Positions 25,391 through 38,067 of a stretch of DNA of 64,000 nt are shown in pieces. Below the pieces are notes generated by a model. That model searched no databases, was not told the origin of the DNA, and saw only the letters and a program-made list of their open reading frames with translations. The position numbers and the translations under genes were made by a program. Position 1 is the stretch's first letter; every line of letters begins with the position of its first letter. The DNA comes from Malacoraja senta. Lineage: Eukaryota. The stretch covers positions 620,001 through 684,000 of the forward strand of contig JAXLNO010000073.1 in NCBI GenBank assembly GCA_038087875.1, written 5' to 3'.

Positions 25391-26904
25391 TCTTCCCAAT
25401 AGCCAGAGAGTGAAATGAGATCTGTCTGTAATGGTGGGGTTATCTAAATGAAGTATATAACAAAATAAAATTTGTTTTGAGCTGGATTATAAAATGATGT
25501 ATAACTTAAGGATGGTTTTAGTCAGCGACCATACAACTGATTAGATTATGTAGATTGATTAGTAGGACTGGATGTTACAATCCCTAAGATTTTTCACTAC
25601 AGTTGACATTCTTGGGGATGTACCTCAACGTCACTGGGTGTTTCGGCCTTTTATTACAAGACACAAGAGGCTTTTTTCTTTCATAAGCCTCGTCCACAGC
25701 CGTCAGCTCAATGATGAAAACACGCCGACAGGAGTTGGACCAGAGAACGAGGTCTGGTCGCAGGTTGGTAGCAGCGATTTCAAATGGGAACGAATGCCTC
25801 TGGCCTAGGTCAACACGCATTTCCCAGTCCCTGGCTGCATTCAGTGGGCATGAGTTGAGAGGCAAGGGGTTAGTCCTCCGTTTCTCTCCTTCCCGGATGA
25901 AGGATGGTATTATTATCTGGGCATTGATAGGCATGGCGTTGGTTGTAACTCTCTTGCACTCGAGTTCAGCTGCCAAACATCTAAACACCTGGTTGTGTCG
26001 CCAGGTGTATCTGCCTTGTGTTAGGCTAGTCTTACATCCGACCAGGATGTGCTTGAGGTTTGCTGGAACTGCACACAGGGGGCAGGCTGGATCCTCTCCC
26101 AGCCAAAGATTTAGGTTTGTGGGAGAGGGAAGGACGTCATATGTGGCTCTGATAATGAAGCTCAACTTAGTTGACTCCATGGACCACAGCTCTCTGTGAT
26201 CTTCCTCCTCTCAACGCCATCCCACCTCATCCAGCGGCCTTGGTTGGCTTGGGATATGGCTTTGGCACACCTGGCTGCTTCTTCCTGGTGGCACACCTCC
26301 TCCACCACCAGGTGCCGTGATTCAGCTGGAGTAGCCTTTTGCCAGGTAGGTTTCATTGCTCCCAGGCCAAAGCCCCCTCGGCCTTATTGGACATGGCCCA
26401 CTATGTCCCGGTGTCGGAGGGCGGATTTTGCGTCCAGTACCACTGCTGCAGGAGTCCATTTCTTCCCTGTTGCTAGGGTTGGAGTGACACCTCTTATTAT
26501 TGGGTCCCGGGATTCTGTTAGTGTCATGTCCAGCCTTACTTTGGCACATTTGTATTCCTCCACCATGCTTCAGACTGGCAGTGAGAGGGCTCCATTCCCA
26601 TAGAGCCCTATGCTGCTGAGGCATCTCGGTAGCCCAAGCCACTTCCTCACTTGTGAGTTCACCAGTCTCTCCAGCTGGTTGACATGGGATGAAGTGACCT
26701 CGTAGACGGTAATTGGCCACATGAGTCGGGGGCAGTAGACAGAATTGAAGGCACCAAAGCTTCAGCTTCCCTGGGAGAGCAGTGTTGTTGATTTGCTTGA
26801 GGCCACTGATTGTATCCTGCCTGAGTTGTTCCACCTGTTCTGCATCCTTGAGGTATGCAGTGTACCATCGCCCGAGGCTCTTGACAGGCTTCTCCAGGAC
26901 AGTT

Positions 26905-27670
26905 GGTATTATCTGAATGGTGGCCGATTAGGAAAAGGGGAGATGCAACGAGACGTGGGTGTCATGGTACACCAGTCATTGAAAGTAGGAATGCAGGTGC
27001 AGCAGGCAGTGAAGAAAGCAAATGGTATGTTAGCATTCATAGCAAAAGGATTTGAGTATATGAGCAGGGAGGTTCTACTGCAGTTGTACAGGTTCTTGGT
27101 GAGACCACACCTGGAGTATTGCGTACAGTTTTGGTCTCCTATTCTGAGGAAAGACATTCTTGCCATAGAGGGAGTACAGAGAAGGTTCACCAGACTGATT
27201 CCTGGGATGGCAGGACTTTCATATGAGGAAAGACTGGATAGACTTGGCTTGTACACGTTGGAATTCAGAAGACTGAGGGGGGATCTTATAGAAACTTACA
27301 AAATTCTTAAGGGGTTGGACAGGCTAGATGCAGGAAGATTATTCCCGATGTTGGGGAAGTCCAGAACTAGGGGTCACAGTTTAAGGATAAGAGGGAAGAC
27401 TTTTAGGACAGAGATGAGGAAATCATTTTTTACACGGAGAGTGGTGAATCTGTGGAATTCTCTGCCACAGAAGGTAGTTGAGGCCAGTTCATTGGCTATA
27501 TTTAAGAGGGAGTTAGATGTGGCCCTTGTGGCTAAAGGGATCAGGGGATATGGAGAGAAGGCAGGGATGGGATACTGAGTTGGATGATCAGCCATGATCA
27601 TATCAAATGGCGGTGCAGGCTCGAAGGGCCGAATGGCCTACTCCTGCACCTATTTTCTATGTTTCTATGT
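26905..27670 (+). mobile_element. CR1/HER1 LINE 3' fragment inside Hero
   Basis: ORF 26745..27578 C-terminal part (LVRPHLEYCVQFWSP, RRLRGDLIETYK); GTATT present at both junctions. Confidence 0.93.
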
Positions 27671-28149
27671 ATTGTCTCGTTATTGATGCGGAACCTTTCG
27701 TCAGTGAGCCGGCCTTTGACGACTGCAGGATTTGCTGGGTTTAATCTCCATTCGTGCCCATTTGATGTTTTCCTGGAGTTTATCCAGCAGGCGTTTGGTG
27801 CATGCTTTTGTTGTTGTTATTGTGGTCTTGTCATCCATGTACGCCCTGATTGGAGGAAGACGCAGCCCACTCTTCAAAGCGTTCCCCTCCGACCACCCAT
27901 CGTGATGCTCAAATGATGAGCTCCATTGCCATGGTGAAAACCAGAGGAGAAATGGTACAGCCTGCCATTATCCCTACCTCAAGGTGCTGCCAGGCGGTGG
28001 TGTTGTCCTGTGTTGTGACGCAGAACTGGAGGTCCTGGAAGTAAGCTTTTACCAGCTTTGTGATGACCTCTGGGACAAATAGTCTCACGGGGCACCAAAC
28101 CAAAGGCATTGGCAAGATCTAAGAAAACCACATGCAGATCTCTCTTTTC

Positions 28150-30743
28150 ATAGATACATAGAAAATAGGTGCAGGAGTAGGCCATTCGGCCCTTCGAGCC
28201 TGCACCGCCATTCAATATGATCATGGCTGATCATCCAACTCAGTATCCCGTACCTGCCTTCTCTCCATACCCCCTGATCCCTTTAGCCACAAGGGCCACA
28301 TCTAACTCCCTCTTAAATATAGCCAATGAACTGGCCTCAACTACCCTCTGTGGCAGAGAGTTCCAGAGATTCACCACTCTCTGTGTGAAAAAGTTTTTCC
28401 TCATCTCGGTCTTAAAGGATTTCCCCCTTATCCTTAAGCTGTGACCCCTTGTCCTGGACTTCCCCAACATCGGGAACAATCTTCCTGCATCTAGCCTGTC
28501 CAACCCCATAAGAATTTTGTACGTTTCTATAAGATCCCCTCTCAATCTCCTAAATTCTAGCGAGTATAAGCCAAGTCTATCCAGTCTTTCTTCATATGAA
28601 AGTCCTGACATCCCAGGAATCAGTCTGGTGAACCTTCTCTGCACTCCCTCTATGGCTATAATGTCCTTCCTCAGATTTGGAGACCAAAACTGTACACAAT
28701 ACTCCAGGTGTTGTTTCACCAAGACCCTGTACAACTGCAGTAGAACCTCCCTGCTCCTATACTCAAATCCTCTTGCTATGAAGGCCAACATACCATTCGC
28801 TTTCTTCACTGCCTGCTGCACCTGCATGCCTACTTTCAATGACTGGTGTACCATGACACCCAGGTCTCGCTGCACCTCCCCATTTCCTAATCGGCCACCA
28901 TTTAGATAATAGTCTGCCTTCCCGTTTTTGCCACCAAAGTGGATAACCTCACATTTATCCACATTATACTGCATCTGCCAAACATTTGCCCACTCAACCA
29001 GCCTATCCAAGTCACCTTGCAGTCTCCTAGCATCCTCCTCACAGCTAACACTGCCCCCCAGCTTAGTGTCATCCGCAAACTTGGAGATGTTGCTTTCAAT
29101 TCCCTCGTCCAGATCATTAAAATAAATTGTAAATAGCTGGGGTCCCAGCACTGAGCCTTGCGGTACCCCACTAGTCACTGCCTGCCATTGTGAAAAGGAC
29201 CCGTTTACTCCTACTCTTTGCTTCCTGTTTGCCAGCCAGTTCTCTATCCACATCAATACTGAACCCCCAATACCGTGTGATTTAAGTTTGTATCCTAATC
29301 TCTTATGTGGTACCTTGTCGAAAGCCTTCTGAAAGTCCAGATACAACACATCCACTGGTTCTCCCCTATCCACTCTACTAGTTACATCCTCGAAAAATTC
29401 TATAAGATTCGTCAGACACGATTTACCTTTCGTAAATTCATGCTGACTTTGTCCAATGATTTCACCACTTTCCAAATGTGCTGCTATCCCATCTTTAATA
29501 ACTGACTCTAGCAGTTTCCCCACTACCGATGTTAGACTAACTGGTCTGTAATTCCCCGTTTTCTCTCTCCCTCCCTTCTTAAAAAGTGGGGTTACGTTTG
29601 CTACCCTCCAATCCTCAGGAACTACTCCAGAATCTAAAGAATTTTGAAAAATTATCACTAATGCATCCACTATTTCTGGAGCTACTTCCTTAAGTACTCT
29701 GGGATGCAGCCTATCTGGCCCTGGTGATTTATCGGCCTTTAATCCATTCAATTTACCCAACACCACTTCCCGACTAACCTGGATTTCACTCAGTTCCTCC
29801 ATCTCCTTTGACCCGCGGCCCCCTGCTATTTCCGGCAGATTATTTATGTCTTCCTTAGTGAAGACGGAACCAAAGTAGTTATTCAATTGGTCCGCCATAT
29901 CCTTGTTCCCCATGATCAATTCACCTGTTTCTGACTGCAAGGGACCTACATTTGTTTTAACTATTCTCTTTCTCTTCACATATCTATAAAAACTTTTGCA
30001 GTCAGTTTTTATGTTCCCTGCCAGTTTCCTTTCATAATCTATTTTCCCTTTCCTAATTAAGCCCTTTGTCCTCCTCTGCTGGTCTCTGAATTTCTCCCAG
30101 TCCTCTGGTATGCTGCTTTTTCTGGCTAATTTGTACGCAACATCTTTTGCTTTGATACTATCCCTGATTTCCCTTGTTATCCACGGATGCACTACCTTCC
30201 CTGATTTATTCTTTTGCCAAACTGGGATGAACATTTTTTGTAGTTCATCCATGCAGTCTTTAAATGCCTTCCATTGCATATCCACCGTCAACCCTTTTAG
30301 AACTAATTGCCAGTCAATCTTGGCCAATTCACGTCTCATACCCTCAAAGTTACCTTTCTTTAAGTTCAGAACCGTTGTTTCTGAATTAACAATGTCACTC
30401 TCCATCCTAATGAAGAACTCAACCATATTATGGTCACTCTTGCCCAAGGGGGCACGCACAACAAGTCTGCTAACTAACCCTTCCTCATTACTCAATACCC
30501 AGTCTAGAATAGCCTGCTCTCTCGTTGGTTCCTCTACATGTTGGTTTAGATAACTATCCCTCATACATTCCAAGAAATCCTCTTCCTCAGCACCCCTGCC
30601 AATTTGATTCACCCAATCTATATGTAGATTGAAGTCACCCATTATAACTGTTTTGCCTTTGTTGCACGCATTTCTAATTTCCTGTTTGATGCCATCCCCA
30701 ACTTCACTACTACTGCTAGGTGGCCTGTACACAACACCCTTCT
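28150..30743 (-). mobile_element. CR1/HER1 LINE, 5'-truncated, with open ORF2 (endonuclease C-terminus + RT)
   Basis: ORF 28240..30819: IMGDFN, LGKSDHN, NYRPVSLTSVVGK, YLDFQKAFDKVPH, SGVPQGSVLGP, KFADDTKL; no stop codons over about 830 codons. Confidence 0.96.
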
Positions 30744-31893
30744 TTCTTGGCAGTTTGTATCTGGTTCCTTCTTGGCAGTTTGTATCTGGTGCCAGATGAC
30801 GTTTGCATGTTCCAGACATCCTGAGAAACCACGTACCCCTGCTTTCTGCACTGACGTGTCAATGAAGTTGTTGCTCTGAAAAAATGCTGAGAGTCTTTGG
30901 GCCACAATACCAAAGAAGATCTTTCCTTCCACGTTCAGAAGGCTGATCTGGCGGAATTGGCTAATGGTTGAGGAGTTCTTTTCTTTGGGAATTAAGATCC
31001 CTCCTGCCCTTCGCCATGCCTTAGGTATGATTCCTTTCCCCCATGCCACTTTCATTAACTTCCAAAGGTATTTCAGGGCACCAGGGGTGTTCTTATAGAG
31101 CCTGTATGGAATGCCACTGGGCCCTGGGGCTGATGCTGTTCTTGCCCGTTTGACTGTGTTCTCCACCTCCTTCCATGTAGGAGGCCCTATGTCCATCTGG
31201 TGCTCAGGTGGGTGGATAGGTGGCATGTCATCTGGAATGGTAACAGGCTCATGCCTCAGGTTGTCAGAGTACATCTTCCTCAGGTGCTCCTCCAGTTCCC
31301 TTACAGGTGCTCTCAGGATCCCGCTCTTCTCCTTGACAAAGAGGCTTTTGACAGACTTATACGGACCTCGGTAGAAACTTGTCCTCGCCCGTTCTTTCTT
31401 CTTGTGTTGCTTTCTCAGGCATTCTGCTCTTCACAGGATTGCCCGCCGCTGCTTTATTTCTGCCTGCAGTGCCTCGAGTCCTTTCCTTTCGGCCTCTGTG
31501 GCCTTCCTCCAGTTTTCTCAGCTCCTTTCTTTCACCAGTCTTTTGATCTCCTGCTGCCTCCTGGACTTGTACTGGAGTGCTGGTTCCTTCTGTGTCCTCT
31601 GTTTCATGACCTTCACCCCAAATCTCTCCGCCCCATAGTTGTACATGGTGTCTCCCATCTTCTCCAGTTTTCTTTCCACACATCCCTTCAATCCTTCCAG
31701 AAGATGGACGAGGTGTTAATGGTCTCCCACTCTTTCCTCTGGCACGATTTAGGCCACAAGATTTGAGGCTTTATCCCTTCCATCTTCCTCTCTACTGCTG
31801 ATTGTGGCTGGTTGGGCTCTGAACTCGTATCCATTGGTGGGACTGTACTTGGTTGAGCTTTGCCTGGGATGCTGATACCCTGTGGACTGTGGT

Positions 31894-32933
31894 TAGCAAT
31901 GTTACAAAATTTTGAGATTTAAAAAATAAAGTCTGCAATTTAGCCCATCAGATAAAGCATAAAAAGAAGTTTAATTTGACACTTAATTCACTTTCATATC
32001 TTCAGTATTAAAAAAGTTATGGCCATTATCATACTCAGAAATTAGCATCTAGTTCCCTATTGCTTTTCCATTGACTTAACACAAAAGCTGTGATCGAGGA
32101 CAGTTAAAAGCCCATAACTTTCTTAAAAATTATGATAACTGAAAGAAATTTTCAGTTATTATAGATTGAAGCATTCTGAAACAAATATGAAACAATCTTA
32201 CTTCGAAGACATGAAAGTAAAGCATATAATTAGTTAGTTACCTAATTGTAGTTAATTACAAAATTCAATTACTAGATCTAAACATCTATCAATTTCTTAA
32301 GAATAGATTAACATTTTTAAATAGCCTATGTGTCCAAATAACATTCACACAATAATTCACAATATAACATAATTTTTAAATCTCATTTTCATGAATTTAC
32401 AGGCCAAATGGAAGGAATTGAATGTTTAATACCTGTAAATTAATGGGCATTCAATTCATCTTGCGAGTGAGGATTTCTGGAACGCGATCTTTGGAACGTT
32501 AATTTGCGGTGAATTTAACCCCGTATTGGCATGAAAAATACTGCCGTTAATTCGGGGAATAAAATCACCGTGTCGCATGAAAAAATGTGAATTAAAGGCT
32601 TCTTAAGAAGCACTTTTATACATTTAAAGAAACCACTTTCGTTTACCTGTCCCGTGTGTTAAATCCGTCCCCGTTATCGGCGTTGACGCTTCAGGAGCTG
32701 CTTTTAAAATGACTCCAGCGCTGACATTGACGATTTAATTTTTTTTTTAAATTCACAAAACGCCGGTAGGAACGATTTGTCTGCCAAGGCTTGTACTCCA
32801 ACAAAATATTAACCAGGACCAGGGAGGAGAAACCCGCGTTTTAACCCCGCCCCCCCTTAAAGGCGCCAAAATCGCGCACACGGCCAGTGGCAGAATTATA
32901 GCGCGACTGAAGGTAAGTTTTGTAACATACCTA
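31894..32933. mobile_element. AT-rich MITE with TAG...CTA termini and 7-bp TSD (hAT-like)
   Basis: TIR TAGCAATGTTACAAAA / TTTTGTAACATACCTA; CTGTGGT duplicated at 31887-31893 and 32934-32940; a left-end fragment of the same family lies at about 21080-21185. Confidence 0.85.
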
Positions 32934-33950
32934 CTGTGGTGGTTATCTTGCCACTGGGCTTCACTCCACTGATTTTGCCTGCCTCTTAGAAAGTAATGGT
33001 CAATGCGAGGCCCCACACCAAGCTTTCTCAGGCACTTTTTCCTGCCCTGGTGGATCTTGAGACCCTTCTCTGATGTTATCTTTTCCCAGCCACAGATACA
33101 ACTTCGTAGCGTATGTCCTGCAGTGCTGCTGCTCTGTCAATTGCTGTGCTAGTTGTAATATTCATAGTCGATTCCCTTCCGTAAAAATGATGTATAACTT
33201 AAGGATGGTTTTATTCAGCGACCATACAACTGATTAGATTGTGTAGGAAAGAACACACATACACACATATATGAATGTGATATAGATATATATAATCACA
33301 TAACACACACATATATATTTCTCCAGATTTGTAAATATAATGATAAACTTTATTTCGGACTCAAGGCCCAGACAAGGGACAACATTACATAAAATTACAT
33401 TGCAAACCTCCCCGCAACTTTACCCTGGCGTCCCAGCCATGCTGATCCGGGCCAGACTTCCCACACGCTGTGGAAGGAACATAGGCATCTTTTCGCTTTT
33501 TATTGTGAGGCAGAGAAGCAGAAAGAAAATGAGGAGAAGATTTTTACCAGAGATGTTTGATTTTTACGAGTATGTTTCCATAAGCGGCTTCTGTCTCCGC
33601 ACCAGTATCTTCGCTCCACTATGGCGGACAAAGATGGCGGAGACGGCTGCCGGTTACAGAAATGCAGCCGAAATTTACCCATGAATCTGCCCATGACCGT
33701 ACTACGTCTTTTTCATCGAGTGGACTATCTTGCTCGCTATAGGATCTTTGGAATAAAGCACCTGAGTTCACCGTGTTACTGTGAATGTCGGAGTGGTCAC
33801 AGCAGAACCAGCTCTCTCTCAATTCCACGCACCCTATCTACTCTTGCTGCCTCCTTCAGTGAGCTGTGAACCTGGACTCCTAGATCCCGCTGCACATCAA
33901 TGCTGTCAATGTAGAACGCTCGATCCGAAACGTCACCCATTCCTTCTCAG

Positions 33951-34287
33951 ATGAATATTGATTTCTCTAACTTCAAGTAACCCCTGCATTCCCTCTCTCT
34001 CTATCCCTCCCCCACCCAAGCCGCACCAGCTTCTCGTTCCTAGCTAGCACACAGCAAACATTGTTTCCTTCATCATCATTACTTTTTTTCATTCATTCGT
34101 TCTATATCTCTCTACATCACCGTCTATATCTCTCGTTGCCCTCTCCCATGATTCAGTCTGAAGAAGGGTCACGACCCAAAATGTCACCCATTCCTTCTCT
34201 CCAAAGATGCTTCCTGTCCCAATGAGTTACTCCAGCATTTTGTGTCTATCTTCGGTTTAAACCAGCATCTGCAGTTCCTTCCTACAC
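33951..34287 (+). mobile_element. Penelope-like element 3' end / pLTR (similar copies about 35640-35945, 41560-41700 minus, 54186-54960, 57170-57430)
   Basis: ATGAATATTGATTTCTCTAACTTCAAGTAA = MNIDFSNFK*, the GIY-YIG C-terminus also seen in ORF 41578..41832 (KLEEQHLIFHLG...MNIDFSNFK), followed by the CTGAAGA...GAAAC-type motif. Confidence 0.8.
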
Positions 34288-34584
34288 TGTTAATGGTTTG
34301 GTTTAGTTTAGAGATACAACGTGGACGCAGGCCCTTCAGCCCACTGAGTCCGCACCAACCAGCGATCCCCGCACACTAACACTATCCTATACTAGGAACG
34401 ATTTTTACTTTTATACCAAGCCAATTAATATATATAATGGCAGCTCATTCCACATACCCTCTACCCAGTGAGTGAAAAAGTTGTTCCTCAAGTTTGTATT
34501 TAATCTTTATCTGCTCACCTTAAACCCAACTCCTCTGGTTCTTCAATCCCCTACCCTGGGTAAAAACATTCAGTGCATTCGGTC

Positions 34585-35245
34585 AGCAGGCAAGGTGGAA
34601 CAGCGGTAGAGCTACCGCCTTACAGCACCAGGTTCGATCCTGACTACGGGTGCTTGTCTGTATGGAGTTTGTACATTCTCTCCGTGACCTGCGTGTATTT
34701 TCCCCAAGATCTTCGGTTTCCTCCCACACCAGTTTTGTAGGTCAATTGGCTAGGTATAAATGTAAATTGTCCCTACTGTGTGTAGGATAGTGCTGGGACC
34801 GATGGTCAGCACAGACACGATGGGCCGAAGGGCCTGTTTCTGCGCTCTATCTTTAAACTAAACTAAATTTAAAACATTAAATATGTATTTTTTGGTGTTC
34901 ATGTATAAATGTGAGAGTAATTTGTTTATGTTATATGTTAGTTTAATTTAGCTTAGAGATACAGCGCGGAAACAGGCCCTTCAGCCCACCGAGTCCACGG
35001 CGACCTGCGATCCCCGCACATTAACACTGCCCCATGTACACTGGGACAATTGTGCATTTATACCAAGCCAATTAACCCACAAACCTGTACGTCTTTGAAG
35101 TGTGGGAGGAAACCCATGCACCTGGAGAAAACCCACGCAGTCATGGGGAGAACGTGCAAACTCCGTACAGACAGCACCCGTAGTCAAGATCGAACCTGGG
35201 ACTCTAGCGCTCTCAGGCAGTAGTTGAATCGCTACGCTACCACGC
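34585..35245. mobile_element. Two tRNA-derived V-SINEs (HE1-like), tail to tail
   Basis: Box B GGTTCGATCC, V-domain CGGTTTCCTCCCACAC, tail GGGCCGAAGGGCCTGTTTC...(TAAAC)n. Confidence 0.85.
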
Positions 35246-36189
35246 CGTCGCACTAATGCAGAGAATCTTCGCTGGTCGGCGCGGACACGGTGGGCTGAAG
35301 GGCATGTTTCCGCGATGTAACTAAACTAAACACATACCTAGTGTGAACGGGTGATCAATGGTCATCGCGGACTTGGAGGGCTGAAGGGCCTGTTCCCACG
35401 CTGTATCTGCACTGTATCTCTAAACTAAATTAAACTGACCTATTGAGTGACTCCAGGTTTTTGTGTCTCTCTTTGGTTTAAGCCAGCATCTGCGGTTCAT
35501 TCTTCAACTAAATTCACCCTCTCAACCGTAAACCCTCATGATAACAGACCACTTTATGACAGATTTTAGTTCTGTCGGACGGACCTGCCGACTAATGTCG
35601 ATGTTTTTGCACCTCCTCCCTTGCCACCTCTCGGTATGATATGAATATTGATTTCTTTAACTTAAGTAATCCCTGCGTTCCCTCTCTCCATCCCTCCCCC
35701 ACCCAAGTCGCACCAGCTTCTCGTGCTCACATAGTAAACCGCTAACAATGGCCTGCTTCCTTCACCATTGTTACTTTTTTCGCATATCTTTAATTCATTT
35801 GTTTTATATCTCTCTACATCACCGTCCATATCTCTCATTTCCCACTCTCCTTAGTCTGAAGAAGGGCCTCGACCCGAAACGTCACCTATTGCTTCTCTCC
35901 AGAGATGCTGCCCGTCCCGCTGAGTTACTTCAGCCCTTTGTGTCTAACCCCCCCAGATCCGCTGAGTTCCTCCAGCATTTGTTTTCTCGATGAATAAAGG
36001 GAGTGTTTTGCACCCTCAGCTTTGGAGAACTCTGCGATACATTTCCCTTCATTCTGTGAAAGAACATTTTCATTTTTAGCACTAAATTTCCTGTCACAAC
36101 TTTTACTTCCTCATATATCAAGAGGTTGTTGGGCCTCTCGAGTCTCTGCCACTTCATAAGTTATAGTGATAATGGTTTTAAAGAGAGCA

Positions 36190-37430
36190 AACTCAATGCT
36201 AGCATATATGTCAATAGGGCTTGTATACACAAACAGGGATATAATGCTGAGGCTCTATAAGGTGCTGGTAAGGCAGCTTTTGGAATATGGTGAATAATTT
36301 AGGGCACCGTATCTGAGGAACGATAGCTCTAAGATGGTCCAGAGGAAGCTTACAAGAATGTTCCCAGGAATCAGTGCGTTAACCTATGATAAGCGTTTGT
36401 TAACACTGGGCCTGTACTCGCTGGAGTTTAGAAGAATGAGGGGGGGACCTCATTGAAACGTACTGATTAGTGAAAGGCTTGGATAGAGTGGATGTGGAGA
36501 GGATGTTTCCACTAGTGGGGAGAGTCACGGACTAGAGGTCATACCTTCAGAATTAAAGAACGTTCTTTTACTGCTATTCGTTATGACCTTATGATTGGAC
36601 AGAATTGGGCTATTCGGCCCATCAACACCATTCAATCATGGCTGGTCTATCTTTCCCTCTCAACCCCATTTTCCTGCCTTCTCCCCATAACCCCTGACAC
36701 CCGTACTAATCAAGAATCTATCTATCTCGTACCTTAAAAATATCTATTGACTTGGCCTCCACAGCGTTCTGTGGCAAAGAATTCCACAGATTTACCACCC
36801 TCTGACTAAAGAAACTCCTCCTTATCGCCTTCCCAAAAGAACGTCCTTCAATTCTGACGCTGTGCCTCTGGTTCTAGACACTCCCACCTAGTCTACTCAT
36901 CCGCCGATCACCCCCTCACCTGTATCCACCTATCACTTGCCAGGCTTAGACCCATTCACACCTGCTCACACAGTCCGCACAGTGTAGAGGTTGGGAGGTC
37001 ATCTTGCAGTTGTATAAGACGTTGATGAGGCCGCATTTAGAATATGCATTCAGTTCTGGGCTCCGTGTGATAGGAAAGATGTTTTCAGCTGGAAAGCATA
37101 CAGAGAAGATTTATGAGGATGTTGCCAGGATTCTATGGTGTGAGCTATAGGGAGAGGATGAGTATTCCTTGGAGCGCAGGAAGATGAGGGGTGATCTCAT
37201 AGAGCTGTATAAAATCATGAGAGGAATAGATCGGGTAGGCACACAGAGTCTCTTGCCCAGAGTAGGTGAATCGAGGACCAGAGGACATAGGTTTATGGTG
37301 AGAGGGGGCAAAGATTTAGTAGGGATCTGAGGGGTAACTTAGTCACACAAAGGGTGGTGGGTGTACGGAACAAGCTGCCAGGGGAGGTCGTTGTGGCATT
37401 GACTGTCCCAACGTTTAAGGTACATGGATA
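36190..37430. mobile_element. Cluster of CR1/HER1 fragments in both orientations
   Basis: Degenerate LEFRRMRGDLIE / SRTRGH coding and CR1 tails. Confidence 0.8.
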
Positions 37431-38067
37431 GGTCTGAAGAAGGGTCTCGACCCGAAACGTTGGCCATTCCTTTTCTCCAGAGATGCTGCCTGTCCCGCTG
37501 AGTTACTTCAGCATTTTGTGTCTAGGTACATAGATAGGACAGGTTTGGAGGGATATGGACAAAACGCTGGGCAGGTGGGATTAGTGTAGCTGCGACATGT
37601 TGGCCTGTGTGGGCAAGTTGGCCCAAAAGGCCTGTTTCCACCCTGTATCACTCTATGACCATGACTTTGCTTTTCCAGTTTTCTACCCTCTATTCCCCCA
37701 GTCTGAAGAAGGGACTCAATCTGAAATGTCATTTATAGAAACAAGGAACTGGTGATACTGGTCCACTCCCTCCGCAGATCCGCTGAGTTCCTCCAGCACT
37801 TTGCTTTCTTGATTAACAAAGGGACAGTTCTGCACCCTCAGCTTTGGGGAACTGTTCGATAGATTTTCTCTTCATTCTGTAAAAATGACATTTTTAATTT
37901 TAGCACTAAATTTCCTGTTACTACTTCTGTCCACTTACTCGTGAAGCAAGAGGTCGTTGGGCCTCTCAAGTCTCTGTCACTTCACTGTTTCCAAAACTCT
38001 TACTCATACACTAGGAACAACTTACGGGGGCAAATTAAGGTCAGAGGGGGAAAGCTGAAATGGGTAG

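Larger units (their letters stand above)
25554..33183 (-). mobile_element. Hero-clade (R2-like, restriction-like endonuclease) non-LTR retrotransposon, interrupted three times
   Basis: N-terminal CICG...GLKIHQGRKKC (about 33030-33100); RT FRQISLLNVEGKIFF, VFLDLANAFG, GIMAGCTISP; C-terminal RATYDVLPSP, CPLC...HILVGC, RYTWRHNQV, RPDLVLWS...IIELT. Confidence 0.9.
19753..33750. mobile_element. P-like MITE copy 2, expanded to 14 kb by nested insertions
   Basis: TIRs CAAAGATTCTATAGCGGAGCAAGATA ... TATCTTGCTCGCTATAGGATCTTTG; 8-bp TSD AAATAAAG/GAATAAAG (7/8); own segments 19753-20139, 25391-25553 and 33184-33750 are colinear with copy 1. The superfamily call rests only on the termini and TSD length. 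Confidence 0.75.

Noticed and set aside
28240..30819. 859-aa ORF as a novel or domesticated gene
   Set aside because: It is a 5'-truncated CR1 ORF2 whose first about 27 residues come from out-of-frame Hero sequence.
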